Made by a program: the position numbers and the translations under genes. DNA of 64,000 nucleotides from Eledone cirrhosa (taxonomy: Eukaryota): positions 35,898,001 to 35,962,000 of the forward strand of contig OZ024746.1 of NCBI GenBank assembly GCA_964016885.1, read 5' to 3'. The notes under the pieces were generated by a model, which was given only the letters and a program-made list of their open reading frames with translations, ran no database searches and was not told the origin of the DNA. Positions 1-13,912 of this stretch are shown here, piece by piece. The first letter of the stretch is position 1; every line of letters starts with the position of its first letter.

Positions 1-130
1 ACACACTGAGAGGGAGGGAGGGTGTGTTTGGAAGGAATATTTGATCAGTTTTGATATATGTAGACATGATGTCGTCGATTTAGTGTGTAGTGAGTTAAAG
101 AGAATTAAATTGTTTATAGTGGGAGGGATG

Positions 131-211
<81 letters not shown>

Positions 212-1802
212 TAGAGAGATAACTATATATATATATATATAAGAAAAAAAAAATAAATACAATAAAATACAGAAGGGGGTGGGGGGAAGAAAATACATAA
301 AAAAAGGAGAGAGAAGAAAGGAAGAACACGAAAAGAAATAGAAAAGGAATGAAGGAGAAGGGAGGGAAATAGGTATCGGTTTTTGTGGGTAATTAAAGGG
401 GTTATATATATATGTGTGTGTATATATATGTGTATTTGAATATGAATATGAGCTTATTTCTCTGTCTGTTATATATGTGTGTGTGCATGTGTATGTTTAA
501 TGCTTGTGGACCACTGAAGACGCATTTGATTAAGGAAATATATTGTACTCATGTCCATTGAAAATAATGATGGACTCCATTGATTGTTATAGGATCTAAA
601 ATATATTGTAAACATCATACCGAGGGGAGAAATGTCAATGTGCTAGCGTTGACAGTATAACAAAAAATCACGAATTGATATGGGACTTCTGGTGCCCTGT
701 GCACTAACGACCGCAGGTGAATATCACGGTGCTAGTAGCAAATTATTTGAATGTTTTTAATGCTGTTACCCCATTACTATTTAGATGTACCTCCAGTTCA
801 ATACATCAAGTGCACATTCGCATCACGCGCATACACACAGAAAGAGAAAGACATAAGAAAACGTGCATATACAGCCACGGACCAACAATCATAAAATACG
901 AACATATAACGGATGATGCAAACGAAGATGTGTTGTACATTAATATTTCGTTGGTTCAAGTGTATGCAGTTGTCGGTGTATTGGACTTTTATCACTTCAG
1001 ATAAGGGTTGTTCTAGTTGTTTGATCAATATACACGTTAAGCTAACGAGCAAGTCGTTATGCACACCACATATTAATGTACAATTCCCTTAATTTTAAGG
1101 AAAATTATACGTCACAAAATATATAGCGAGAGCGAAACATAGAATCACAGTTACACAATCCTACACCTAATTGGAGTGGAGGAACCTGAAACGAAATTCA
1201 TGCTCATCGACACAAAGAACTGCCAAGAATTAGATTCACGAACTTATGGTCGTAATCATAGGGCATTAACCATTAACATGCATCTTCACTAGTCGCAGGT
1301 ATGTTAGAATATTGATGTCCTATATTCCACCGTTCATATATAAGCTATTCAATAGTATATTATTATATTCCGTTCATAGAAAAAACAGAATCTTCTACTG
1401 TATTGAAAATCTGATTCATAAATCCTCTTCATAACATAATATAATCTAACATCCATTTTTTTCTTTTATCAGAGAAACGATATGTACCCAGCATATAAAA
1501 TGAAATAGACGACAGTAAGAATATACATATAATAGATATGGGAAAACACATATATAGAGCACCATATATATGCAGACACAAACGTGCATACAAAAATCAA
1601 TGTGTTATCAGAACAAATGAAGTGGTTTTATGATAAATATTACCAATATAGACAGACACTAACGGTCACGTAAGTATGGATATATCATACAATATAATGT
1701 TATTTACCTCTATTGTGAATTGCGTTTGTTTCATCAATAATATAATTGGTCGTAGGTAAATGGTGCTATCTATATATCTATATATCTATATATCTAACAT
1801 TT

Positions 1803-2390
1803 AGATAAGCGGAACAAGCAAGATTGAAACGATTTTTTTAATAAATTAAAAAATATAATTTAAATATTTACCTATTCCAATTGCTTTTACCGACGGTTTC
1901 ACTTCACAAAAGATTGGAGATCCCTAGGGACTTCCACGGAAAAGTTTAGATCTTCAGAAAGCATTTTCCTTTCCCAGGACAAAAAGTTCCAGGTACGGCA
2001 ACATATATTGCCATCTGCCAGCTAGCACTGGATCGAGTGGGGCCGAACATTTGACCTATGCATGAACCAGCCCATAGTAGAAGCGGAAGTAAACATAGAC
2101 GCATTGTCTACCATCACTAAAATTAGCAGCTAAATAGAACAACAGATTTGTTCTCTACATAACGGAGTATATTAAAAGTAGTTAATATCCCCAGAGGTAC
2201 TAAGTACCCCTGGAAATATATAGGGCGTCTGTGATACAGTGGGTGTTCTATGGTATTAATTTGACGTACTAGAACTATAAAATTCAGATAAGCGGAGCAG
2301 TAAAGATTCAAACAATTTTTTTAAATAAATTAAAAATATATTTTAAATATTTACCTATTGCAATTGCTTTTACCCACGGTTTCACTTCAC
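1803..2390. repeat. Direct repeat of about 105 bp (1803-1907, 2286-2390)
   Basis: agataagcgga...cggtttcacttcac occurs twice. Confidence 0.85.
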
Positions 2391-3109
2391 TCTCTATCCC
2401 CCTCTCTCTCTCACTCTCTCTCTCTATATATATATATATATGTATATATATATGTGTGTGTTTGTGGGGGGGGGGGGGTGCTTCTGTGTGTGTGTGTTTC
2501 TTCGTGGCGAAACTGTATTTATGATATACGTCTTAGTTGATGTGTGTTTCCACCATGCGATTACATATATTTGGAAATTGTATGATATTGTGACAGACAC
2601 ACACACATCACTATATTCATACAAACATAAACACACATACGCACCAAATGACATTATTCTCAAAATGCGTACAATGGCAAGAAATTCCAAACTACCCAAT
2701 AAATATAGAACTACTCAATTATGTCACACCAATACAGCATCCACACCCAAGTAAACGAATTCAAATTTACATAGCCCCCTATTTTTCTTTTTTATTAAAC
2801 ATTAATCGAAAGTAAAGACAGTTTATCTAGACAGGGTCCCCATAATACATATACATATAATCAAGTTAACCCTGGGGAAATATTTTGTTAAAAAATTACA
2901 TGTGTCTCATAGAGGTCCACGAGATAGAATCTAGATAAATGATCAGGGAAAGAAATACTAGAGAACACCCAAAAACTAACGTACATCTATACCTACAATA
3001 CCGCTGCCAAACCACACTTTTCAAAGATTAAATTTAGCTACTCTTCATTGAATTACATATAAATAAATTTTATTACAATCTTGCAAGTCTTATATCTTAA
3101 CAGATCATT

Positions 3110-3575
3110 CATGGCCTCAAGAGAAATATCCGTAGAGAATGACGAGATTGCTCACCAGAGTTACTCGACAGCCTCAGCTATCAGGGGGACAACATTAGCA
3201 GTGAAGGTCGGTGTTCTGAACGTAGGGTAGCTAGATGGAGGATAGGCTCGCTGAATGGTAAGGAGTCTACTACCACTGTTTTCTACAAAATGACTTGCCC
3301 GCAGAATGAAAATCAGATTGTGTGATGCTAGTGTGTTAAGGGAAACGCCACATGATATTGAGATTTGAGCTTCTTGTATGGAGGACTTCTGAAAAGAACT
3401 GCGGGGAGCATGTACCGACGGCTGTATACACTTAGTAATCATACGCAAATAAGCACCACTTGGCTCAGAGAAAAAAGAAGCATCAAAGCCACCGGGTGCT
3501 GTGTGCAGGAGAGGAAACTGTAATGGTATGGGCAAATAATGTGTATGAATAATGACAGATGCATCAAAAATATAG
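3110..3575 (+). mobile_element. Decayed RTE-like LINE RT C-terminal fragment
   Basis: GDNISSEG, RRVARWRIG, MKIRLCDASV, ERKL*WYGQIMCM in broken frames. Confidence 0.65.
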
Positions 3576-4219
3576 ACTCGTGCAGCAATGAGCTATTAAT
3601 GCCATAAACTTACAATATTTATAAATTTGCTATTGTATTATGGATAATGCAAGTATAATTGTTCATTATTTTTGCAAAGAATATGGACGAAATAAAAATA
3701 GATCTGGCTTGATTAGAAATTTGGATTTAGGATGCCAAAACTAAATGCTAGGTAGGTGTTTACTTTTGCTGTAAATAAAGAAAGCGAACATAGTATAATA
3801 AATTAAATAAATGGATTTACGAAGGAATTCGTTATGTTGCAATGATATTGTTAATTACACATTCTTTCACATGAGAATAAAATATAAGAGAGGTGAAAGT
3901 ATAGTGGCATGAACGAACCTTAAGGTATTTCACTGTATATTAAAACGATCTTACAAACTCGTAAAAACCAAATGTCTCATTAAACACATACATAGTATTT
4001 TATGATTATTCTGCTTGCTCCACCATTATGCATGGTGGTATTATTGATGCCCATTAAATTTTTTCTAAACAAATAAGTAGGATACGTTTGGAAAAAGATC
4101 AGAACACCAAAGGAATTAAGCATACAGCCAAGACAATGGGGTAATCATATATTCATAAGGTATAGCCATTATTATTTTACACAAACGCACACACTGACAC
4201 ACACATATACACACACACA

Positions 4220-4347
<128 letters not shown>

Positions 4348-4533
4348 TGTGTTTGCTTGTAATTATGCCTATATAAATGTCTATTGTTCATAAATATATT
4401 TCCTTGTATGCATGCGAGAGTGTGTATATGTATAACAATTTGATGCATATGAATACACACCTACATACACACATGCACATACACACACATTCGCACACAC
4501 AAACACACATAATGCCCCCCTCACACACACACG

Positions 4534-4583
<50 letters not shown>

Positions 4584-4907
4584 TTAAACGTAAATCAATC
4601 ACACTGCGCTCACCAGCCTACAACTTATGATACACGTATACACTCTGACACACATATACACACTAACCCACACGCATACACACACACAGACACACACACA
4701 TATATATGTACATATATATATATATACATATATATATATGTATATATATGTATATGCCCGTGTCTGTGTGTGTATTCATATTCATATGCATACATACATA
4801 AACTAAATTAAATTAAATTGACGGATGATACAGGAAAATGAAACTAAGCCATAGATATTGAAAGAGAGAGTGAGAGAATGTGTGTGTGTGTGTGTCTGAG
4901 TGTGTCT

Positions 4908-4968
<61 letters not shown>

Positions 4969-5747
4969 TTCTTCAAGTCATTTCGCAATGTCCTTTTGCT
5001 AATTAAATGTATACCTTACAGGAGAGAATGCGACTAAGACATTAATATAATTTTTCTCTTAGGCGTAAAGCCAATTTAATATATTAATACGAAAGAAATT
5101 TTTAGGTGAGAATGTTGATCTTGGCAGAATATCTTATATTAACGCCGTTATTTTATATTGATATTGCTTTTCCATCAGTTGTAATATAACATAACTATTG
5201 CAAACAGTAGATTTTATGTAAGTTTTACAATCGTGAATTTTCTGTCGTAAATATCTATTCTTGCATCAGCAGTTTGGGAAATATTTAAATTAAGCCAATA
5301 ACTTCATTGACCACTATGGCTGTGTATGAATTATGCATCTGTGTGTATACTTCTCTAATTCTCACAATAAAAACAGCTGAGAATATGAGATGGTGAAATA
5401 ACTTGTCTAGAGGTTATGAGTTTTAAAAATCCATTGAAACCCTCCTGATAGATTTTCAAGCAGCCCATTTTATAGTTTCAGATCATTTGAATCAAGATTA
5501 TGATACAGAAATATTAATGATAATCACGTTTAGATATTGCGAGCAATATTTGAATTATAATATACGTGGATTAAAATAAGGTTTCAACTTTTGTCACTAA
5601 CGAATCCCCTACGTCGATTTCTTATGACATAGTGGCTGAAACCTGAGTTGTATGTGGTACCTCGAACCATAGTCTGCGTTATGTTGGTAAGTATATTAAA
5701 CCTTGATTCAGCGTATTAAATAATTGTAATTTGTTATATTTGTAAAT

Positions 5748-5915
5748 CATTTTTTCTACTTTATGCACAAGGCCAGCAATTACCCAGTGCATTACTGGTA
5801 CTTTATTTTATCGACCCCGTAAGGATGAAAGGCAAAGTCAACCTCGGCGGGATTTGAACTCAGATCGTAAAGGGACGTAACTATGCTGGAAAGCATGGCG
5901 TCCGACACTCTACCG
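5748..5915 (-). mobile_element. tRNA-derived SINE, family A
   Basis: B box GAGTTCAAATCC, core GCCTTTCATCCTTACGGGGTCGATAAAATAAAGTACCAG (Meta/MESC-like, from memory), family 3' tail. Confidence 0.9.
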
Positions 5916-6054
5916 TGTAAATAATAAAGTGCTAAATGAATACCCATATATATTTATCATACATAATATGAACAGGAGGAAATAATTACATGTCTACATA
6001 TATGACGGTTCCTACCATCAGATGAATTTGAACATAAGTCAGATTCGAGATTTG

Positions 6055-6300
6055 TTATTTCGGATGAGTGAATATGAAATAACTTAAGAATAGTGGTAAT
6101 ATAACTCCTACTATAATAAATATCAAAGATACATGAGTACATCCCAACATGATGCCATGATAAATAGCAGCCAACCCTTGCACTATGTCCAAACGTTGTA
6201 GAACATGAAACGGATAATTTGATAATACAGTTCCAGCCGCCCATAAGGTGAAAATGAAGTTCAAGGCTGAAATGCTTGCGGTGACCATATGCCTAGTCGA
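6055..6300 (-). CDS. Terminal coding exon of an unidentified multi-pass membrane protein (STRHMVTASISALNF...FIFTHPK*)
   Basis: Acceptor ttttgttatttgtag; phase 0; open to TAA; 2-3 hydrophobic segments; joins in frame with 7334-7428. Confidence 0.75.
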   Translation of the reverse strand, partial: STRHMVTASISALNFIFTLWAAGTVLSNYPFHVLQRLDIVQGLAAIYHGIMLGCTHVSLIFIIVGVILPLFLSYFIFTHPK

Positions 6301-6575
6301 CTACAAATAACAAAAACCTTAACAGTAATAATATGCTATTCATTCATGGCATTAGAATATAATATAATTGCTAATGTTTCTGTGTGAAACACGTCTCCCA
6401 CCACAACCACCATCCACGCTATGAAATTAAGTACCTTTACAGCCGTAAATAAATTTAATGTTGAATGTAACATTTTGAAAGATACTGCGCATTATGCCTT
6501 GAGGAATTGCGTGGACAAACAAAATAACGTCATCAACTAAAGCCTGTAATGCATGTATATCGAAACAAATATGTG

Positions 6576-6757
6576 ATAATTGTTTCTACTATTGGCACAA
6601 GACCAGCAATAACCCAGTACATTACTGCTACTTTATTGTATCGACCCCGTAAGGATGAAAGGCAAAGTTAACCTCGGCGGGATTTGAACTCAGAATGGCA
6701 AGGCCGTAACTCTATGCGTCAAAGCATGGCGTCCGACCCTCTAGCGATACTGCCAAT
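6576..6757 (-). mobile_element. SINE family A
   Basis: A box TGGCAGTATCG, B box, core and tail. Confidence 0.9.
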
Positions 6758-7135
6758 ATGACCTAAATATACTCATATACAAAACAGTCTTATTACGGGA
6801 AAAGTTTAATGTATTCCTATATTGTAAGAGAAAACATGTAAAATACAAGTAATGTATGGGGGCAGTAGAAAATTGGTCCAAGTGTTCTGTAATTATAATA
6901 ACGTGTTTATACATTAATGCCATTTAGTAACACCCAAAGTCATTATCACTTAGCCTACAGAAATCTAGATTAATATATGTTACCGAGCTCAAAATTAATA
7001 TATTAATTAACTTAAGTGTGTTTAACAAGTATCGTCAATGTGTTTGAAACCTTGATGATAGTGAATTGCGTTTAATATTGGTAGAGACTACAAACAATCC
7101 GAATTTCATTTAGGCTGAGATTCTCTATTCTATGT

Positions 7136-7284
7136 ATGCTTTCTAGCATAGTTACGTCCCTTTACGGTTTGAGTTCAAATCCCGCCGAGTTTAACTTTTC
7201 CCATCATCCTTACGGGGTCGATAAAATAAAGTACCAGCAATGTACTGAGTAATTGCTGGCCTTGTGCCTACAGTAGAAACAATT
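7136..7284 (+). mobile_element. SINE family A, 5'-truncated
   Basis: B box, core and tail. Confidence 0.9.
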
Positions 7285-7333
7285 ATGATATAAATTAATC
7301 GATTTGCTTTTTCTTTTCAATGCAAGATTTTAC

Positions 7334-7428
7334 CTGAAACAAACTCTCCCATGTCAAGCCCGTATGTCTGAAGCTTTCTCTTAATACGCAAAATGCCAGG
7401 ATATTAAAGCGACATTTTTGTCGTAATG
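7334..7428 (-). CDS. Internal exon (LRQKCRFNILAFCVLRESFRHTGLTWESLFQ), phase 1 to 0
   Basis: Acceptor ttccccccag, donor CAG|GTAAAA, 95 bp, open and phase-compatible with both neighbours. Confidence 0.7.
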
Positions 7429-7702
7429 CTGGGGGGAATTTTGATTTGTATTTATTTAGAGTTGCGTGGGTATTTGTAAATTTATTTCCTTCGTTAAGTG
7501 ATTCGAATTAAAATGACATCTAGAAAAGCTGCACTTGTTATTGTCGTTAGATCACTCTGTTTGATTTATCAAATAAATCTACATTGAATGTTGTAGAAAA
7601 AAGTTCGTATTACAGTATGTCTATAAAACATAATAAGGAATATTTGATTATAGAGGGCATTAATTATTAAATATTTTTTACCGCATTCCTAACACATTTT
7701 AC

Positions 7703-7791
7703 CTATGATCGTCCAATAATTTTGAGAGCAATGAGCAAAGTCTGGGTATGTATTAATACAACTAACGCACATCATTATGTAAGTAATGTAT
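7703..7791 (-). CDS. Internal exon (YITYIMMCVSCINTYPDFAHCSQNYWTII), phase 2 to 1
   Basis: Acceptor cctttgttttaag, donor TAG|GTAAAA, 89 bp open. Confidence 0.7.
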
Positions 7792-7902
7792 CTTAAAACA
7801 AAGGTACTTTTTCAGGCGTTTTTAATCAGTGTTAAATTTAAAATAGGCTTCTCTGCTCCATATATAACACATTAGGTATCATGAAAATTTAGTAAGAGGT
7901 AA

Positions 7903-8030
7903 CGGATTGGAAGAGTCGTTAGATCATCGGATAGAATGCTTTGTGGTATTCGTTTCAAAGCCCACCTCTGTCAATCTTCCCTTTCATACATTCGAGGTCG
8001 ATAAACAAAATACCAATCAAGTAGTGGGTT
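7903..8030 (+). mobile_element. Older diverged SINE (similar remnants 37905-38050, 42978-43100, 61062-61120)
   Basis: Degenerate head and ctttcat...ggtcgataaa core. Confidence 0.65.
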
Positions 8031-8922
8031 AAATTCTTCCCCTATATATTTTCTTCCTCTCTCTTAGCACTATCGTATATATTTACACATATATAAATAC
8101 AATTATTAATGAAGACAATCACATGTATTACAGATATAACCATATCACTGTATCAATATTTAATAAGTTCTTCTTTAAATAAATTCACTCAAAGTTTATT
8201 ATATACGATAAAAGATTGTCTTTAGAATATGACGTATAATGCAGAAAATAGCATAAATATACATTGCTCTTATTAAAGTTCGATTTTATTATAAAGCCAT
8301 AGATAGCAATTAATAGATATATAATATATTATTTCCTGGTGTAATTAGTTTGAAGGAGTGTTTTCATCAGGTTGTGAATACAAGAATTAGGAGATAATTT
8401 GATTCTAAAAAGATTGAATAGAATATTGGTTACCATACAGAGTGCATTAAAATAGTTATGATTTTAAATAATCAAATTTAAGTCGATTTTAATAGCCTAG
8501 ACATAGAGTTACTCTTTCCTAAATATCTTATAATTTATAGTCTACTGATTTAATTAACTAAATCACCATTAATATAATTTTTCATTAAACGCAATATATA
8601 TATATCTTTCAATTTTCGTTTGAATGGTACAAGTACATGTGAAGTCATGGGACAGATATATTCATTTATTTATCTCATAATGTTTTGTGCAGATTTTGTA
8701 AAACATCGTTTGTGAAAACTTGAAAATAATGAATATTTATATTTCCTGTAGAAATAGCACACATTTCTTCTTTTGTGCTGTGGAGATGTAAGCGATTTAA
8801 AATTGCTGATCACACGCTCGTCTCACTTTCAAATAAAATGAACTCACTTTTAGATTTAGAAAGTTTATTTTCCATAATTAATTATTCTTCATGTTAATAT
8901 TTTGATTAAGATTATATATATT

Positions 8923-8976
<54 letters not shown>

Positions 8977-9349
8977 CTTAGACATCACAATTAATGGATG
9001 AAATATACAAATAAAATATAACTCAGAAGAGTAAATTTACATATTAAATCTAAGACAAAATACTATCTGGGGGCGTATAAGGCGTTAGACTCACTCATTT
9101 AAATATCTCCTTACAATGGTTCAAAATCAAACGAAGCAACACTAGTTGTTTCAAATAATTGAAATAAACAATACATGGTTGAATTTTTTTTATCATCAGA
9201 AAAGTATTACTTGTCGGAAGAGGTAATGTTCATCAAAAAGTGTACGATTCATTTCGTTGCTGAAACCGCATGCTATCCGACACGTTGTTTCATCTTACTA
9301 CTAAATAAACAAATCTCTTTTTATATATAGTGCATATATATATATATAG

Positions 9350-9800
9350 CTTAATGTGAACCTTCCCTGTGAAGATGCCACTCCACAAGATAACCCACCA
9401 ACCAGGATAATGGATACACCGTAACCAATTACCCCATACGCAACACTAATTGTTGCCTACGTGCCTACGTAGTATAGTCTAGATTATAGATTATACTACG
9501 TAAAATAGATTGCACTTGTTACATTATAGACTCTAGAATGTAACAAGTGCAATCTATTTTACATAGGCAGCACTATTAGATCATTATTTCTCTTCCTTCA
9601 CCCGCATCATCTGATGCGGAAACCAGGACAGCATTAACACCACGATCTTAGCAAACGAACGCACTATAGGCATATTGAGAATTAAGGAAACCCCCTTAAT
9701 CAATCTTTTAAAAACTAGGATCAATAACCTAATGGAAAGAAGTGCATCAGAATGACTATTTGGAAGCTTGTATTCCATCATCCCAGGGGCCAGTTTCATT
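9350..9800 (+). mobile_element. Decayed PLE GIY-YIG C-terminal fragment with internal hairpins
   Basis: ILANERTIGILRIKETPLINLLKTRINNLME resembles the PLE IL..E...RIKEA.I...P.IN terminus. Confidence 0.5.
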
Positions 9801-10339
9801 TTTCTTTCAAATTAAATCTATGTCCTCATTAGGCAAACACAATTAGACTCAAACACACATACATATCACACACACATACATATATGTGAATTTACACAGT
9901 GCGAGTATGGACACATATTTATGTCGAGTGTCCAGTGTTTCCTTGTAATTAAAAAGAAAACATGAATAAACAAAATTAATCATTGAACTTATGCATACCA
10001 TCATAGGATGATATGCATATTATCTAAACAACCACAGAGGAATTCGCAACTGGCTGGTGTACATAATCTTTGCAACAGTATTACCGAAATAAGGAACAAC
10101 GAATTTGTATATATTTAGCCGATAAATTACAGGTCAATATTAAAGCATAGTTGTGCGTTAAGGAGACAACGGATAGAGACAATTTATATCTGCATTTAAT
10201 AAGCAAAGTGTCAACAGAAACAGCGTAAACTTATATCGAGCTACTTTCAAAATTTACATATTATTAATATTATATATATTATTTTATTTATATTACTTTA
10301 TGTATGTTATATATATATATATGTATGTATATTTATAAT

Positions 10340-11207
10340 ACTGATATAACACCTGCAACCCTGATGGTATCCAATGATGTTGACTTGTTCTTCTTTTTGG
10401 TAAATATCATCTTGGTTAAGAGAGTGGGACTGGCTTTGTGCAGTGCCTTTGCTCACTATAAAAGCTTCACGACACAAGCATTGCTCTGTATCTGGAGATC
10501 TCTCTGCACTTGTCATCACGTGGTACCATGGGCCCAGCACTATGTGACAATAATTGTAACAAGTGTAGTGTTTGTACCGAGTGTTCAAGTTACTGGCTGG
10601 ACTAAAAAGTCACACTAGTTCAGCGCATCGGTAGGAGTTCTCCTACATGGATATAAATTAGTGGCTGCACTCGAAAACGAGCGAGTTGGCAGCCACCATA
10701 TATATATATATATATATGTATGTGTATGTGTATATATATATATATATGTATATGTATGTATATGTATGGGTATATATGTATGTATATGTATATGTATTTG
10801 GAGAGATGACCCCTTAGCCTTTGTCAAGGCAGAATTCTAGGAGAAGGAAAACTCTGATGTAACACCTGCAACCGTGATGGTATCCAATGATGTTGACTTA
10901 TTCTTCTTTTTGGTAAATATCATCTTGGTTAAGAGAGTGGGACTGGCTTTGTTCAGTGCCATTGCTCACTATAAAAGCTTCACGGCACAGGCATTGCTTT
11001 GTATCTGGACATCTCTTTGCACTTGTGATCACATGGTACCATGGGCCCAGCACTATGTGTCAGTAATTGTCACAAGTATAGTGTTTGTACCAGAGTTTTC
11101 AAGTCGCTGGCTGGACTAAAATGTCACACTCGTTCAGCGCATTGGTAGCGGTTCTCCTACATGGATATAAGGTAGTGACCGTACTCGAAAACGAGTTGGC
11201 AGCCACC

Positions 11208-11209
<2 letters not shown>
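10340..11209. repeat. Two diverged direct copies of a ~360-bp element (10340-10699, 10854-11209), each ending in (TA)n
   Basis: Collinear similarity; terminal hairpin GTGGCTGC...GCAGCCAC in copy 1. Confidence 0.9.
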
Positions 11210-11254
<45 letters not shown>

Positions 11255-11274
11255 TACTCATATATGCATACACA

Positions 11275-11353
<79 letters not shown>

Positions 11354-12497
11354 CTGTGTATGCATATATGAGTATGTATACATCTTTTTCTATGTTTATA
11401 TCTCTCTCTCTTTCTCACTCTCTCACTCTCAGTTTTCTCTCTATATATATATAGAGAGAGATATATATGCACATATATTAAAATACGTATATATCTGCGT
11501 GTCTGTGTGCGTGTGCGTGTGTGTGCGTGTGTGTTTTTCTATGTATGTATATACACATTTACATGCCGATAATTATTTACGTATACATTTAAATATATTT
11601 GTATTTATAACTATATCTATATAATGCAGCTTCCTTTAGCTGAAATTTGTACGACTTCCTTCCGTTTTTGTTAGATGGATTTTTACTTACCATTCCGGCA
11701 AAAGCAATCTCCGTGTATACGGGAACCCATATTTATGATCATGTCAATATGTCACGGCGGACAATAGAAACACTTACTGATATATTGTCATGAATGTATT
11801 AAACACTGATGTGTTATGAGGCAGCTTTTACTTAAATGTGTTTGAAAGTTGAATATTGAGATGGACCAAATGTAGAAGTAGACACGCAGACACAAGTACA
11901 CCCTCACACACATGCACTCACACACACCCGGACATATACACACACACACACACACACATATATACACACACAAACACACACATATATATACCTATCTGTG
12001 TGTTTCTATATGCATATGAATATGTCTGGATTTTGGTAGGTGGAAATTTGAAGAACATGTGCATGTATATATGTTTATCTGTGTGTATATTTATGATTGC
12101 ATGAGCATATATAGATACGCAATATTGGATACATATATACAAGTGCTGTAAAGATACACACATGCGTACTCTCAAACATACACGTATATCTGAATTTATG
12201 AAGAATTATATTCATCTTACTTATTTCAATTGAACGCACGACGTACAAACTCGGCGTTGGTGTTATATTAATAACATGATAAAGTGTGTTGGTCTGATGC
12301 CCGGCGGTCGTCATATATTCCACAGAGTGACATAAAATCAAACAAAGTAAATAATGTTTCCTTTTTTTCCTAATTCAACAAACGTTGGTCTTCGTAAAAG
12401 ATGCAGTCATTTAATTGGACAGTTAAATATTTTTTTCGATATTACTGTTAAATATATTATAGAGTGCTTTGAAATGAAATACAAAGTTAGTGTTTAC

Positions 12498-12560
12498 CTC
12501 AAAACATAAAGGTACTGAATTAAATCAGTGAACATTTCTATCGCCCACAAAAAGAACAGC
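12498..12560 (-). CDS. Internal exon (LFFLWAIEMFTDLIQYLYVL), phase 2 to 2
   Basis: Long polypyrimidine tract ending cttag, donor GAG|GTAAAC, 63 bp open. Confidence 0.75.
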
Positions 12561-12868
12561 CTAAGTGTAACAAAGAAGAATAAGAAGAAAAAAAATTGAC
12601 TTCGGCATGTCAATTTTGAAAGAACCTGGTGTTTATCATATATATATGACATTATATTAATACGTATCAATGCAAACGCAGTGTTTTGATAATTGGCTTG
12701 ATATAAGCAGTATTTAAAATCGAATTTCACAATAACATTTATGATAGCGATTTTATCACGGAACCAATTACACACTAGTCAATGAAACATATGTTAATAC
12801 TTGGAATAAATCTTTATTGTATAGCTTATCCGTGTTAATCTTCATTCATTCGTTATATATATATATAT

Positions 12869-13080
12869 GATTACAACAGTGACATGAACAGGTTCTCAAG
12901 TTTCGTTCGGTTCTGGGCTCCAATTTTTTCAGCCTGTCACGAGGGGCTGAAGGAATTGGAGCCCAGAACCAAAGAAATGTGAGTAGCTGTTTATGTCACC
13001 GTTGTATTTATTGATACTAAATTTGTCCTATGGACTGAGTGCACTTACTATTGGATATTTCCACTTAACTTTACATCATT
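12869..13080. mobile_element. Old hairpin insert with decayed hammerheads (paralogue 18300-18494)
   Basis: Arms about 12871-12935 and 12945-13006. Minus strand reads ACAGG-CTGAAaA...GAAAC ttga GaA-CCTGT; the paralogue keeps CTGAAGA. Confidence 0.6.
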
Positions 13081-13088
13081 ATATATAT

Positions 13089-13251
13089 TGGATTGGCAGT
13101 ATCAGTAGAGGGTCGGACGCCATACATTGACGCAAAGAGTTACGAACCTTTACGACCTGAGTTCAAATCACGGCGAGGTTAACTTTGCCTTTCATCCTTA
13201 CGGAGTGGATACAATAAAATACCAGTAATGTACTGAGTAATTGCTGGCCTT
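13089..13251 (+). mobile_element. SINE family A, 3' end lost
   Basis: Paralogous to 18104-18286. Confidence 0.9.
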
Positions 13252-13740
13252 AGCTATCGTCAGGATCGTATAACTTCCTGCGAGATGGTTGAACGTCTGA
13301 AAGTATATACTTATGAAATGTCGTTTCATGCTATTCCATTTATCCTTTTCGGCGTGCCCGGCCGACTCACCTCACTCGATATGCAAATTAGACTGCTCAG
13401 CCGTTAATATGCATAAGGAATGTATATACTTTCAGACGTTCGACCATCTGACAGGAAAGTATACGATGCTGACGATAGCTAATAAGCTGGAAACTAGTAC
13501 ATCGTTCCTGTGTCAGTGTTGGACAAAAAGGTGACGTGGTTGCCTAAACACTGTACGGAGTAATTCGGGCTATTTGTTTCTTTAGAACCAAACAAACCGG
13601 GCATTATAATAAATGTTCGTTAAACCGATACGTTCATATATATATGTGTGCATGTTTGTATATATATATATATATATACATACTACTGTACGTCCGTATA
13701 CATATATGTATGTACGTATACATACATACATACTTATATA
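13252..13740 (+). mobile_element. Non-coding HHR-bearing PLE-type end with partial inverted arm
   Basis: 13250-13310 is the reverse complement of 13422-13482; homologous to 30155-30565 (minus). Confidence 0.7.
13463..13505 (+). ncRNA. Minimal type I hammerhead ribozyme, canonical core
   Basis: ACGATG-CTGACGA-TAGCT aata AGCTG-GAAA-CTAGTA-CATCGT: stem I, stem II, palindromic stem III (ACTAGT), GUA cleavage triplet. Confidence 0.88.
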
Positions 13741-13861
13741 TATATATATATAGTAATAATAATAAAATTGAAGACTAAAATCCAGAGAGGGCTCGATAAG
13801 GAAAATATATATCAAATATATAAGAACCGAAGAGCAAATATTTATTAAAATAACAGATTAA

Positions 13862-13912
13862 AGTTTAAGCAAAGAATCGCTGCTTTCATCCTTAACGGGA
13901 TCTTCTGAAACT
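13862..13912 (-). ncRNA. Mirror copy of the CAGAAGA hammerhead
   Basis: Reverse complement of 17978-18028 with one stem II difference. Confidence 0.6.

Noticed and set aside
505-560. Hammerhead candidate CTGAAGA...GAAA...GTC
   Set aside because: Stems I and II do not pair convincingly; at best a decayed remnant.
9115-9176. Alternative ATG-containing exon MYCLFQLF...
   Set aside because: The exon at 12498-12560 has a stronger acceptor and continues the chain upstream.
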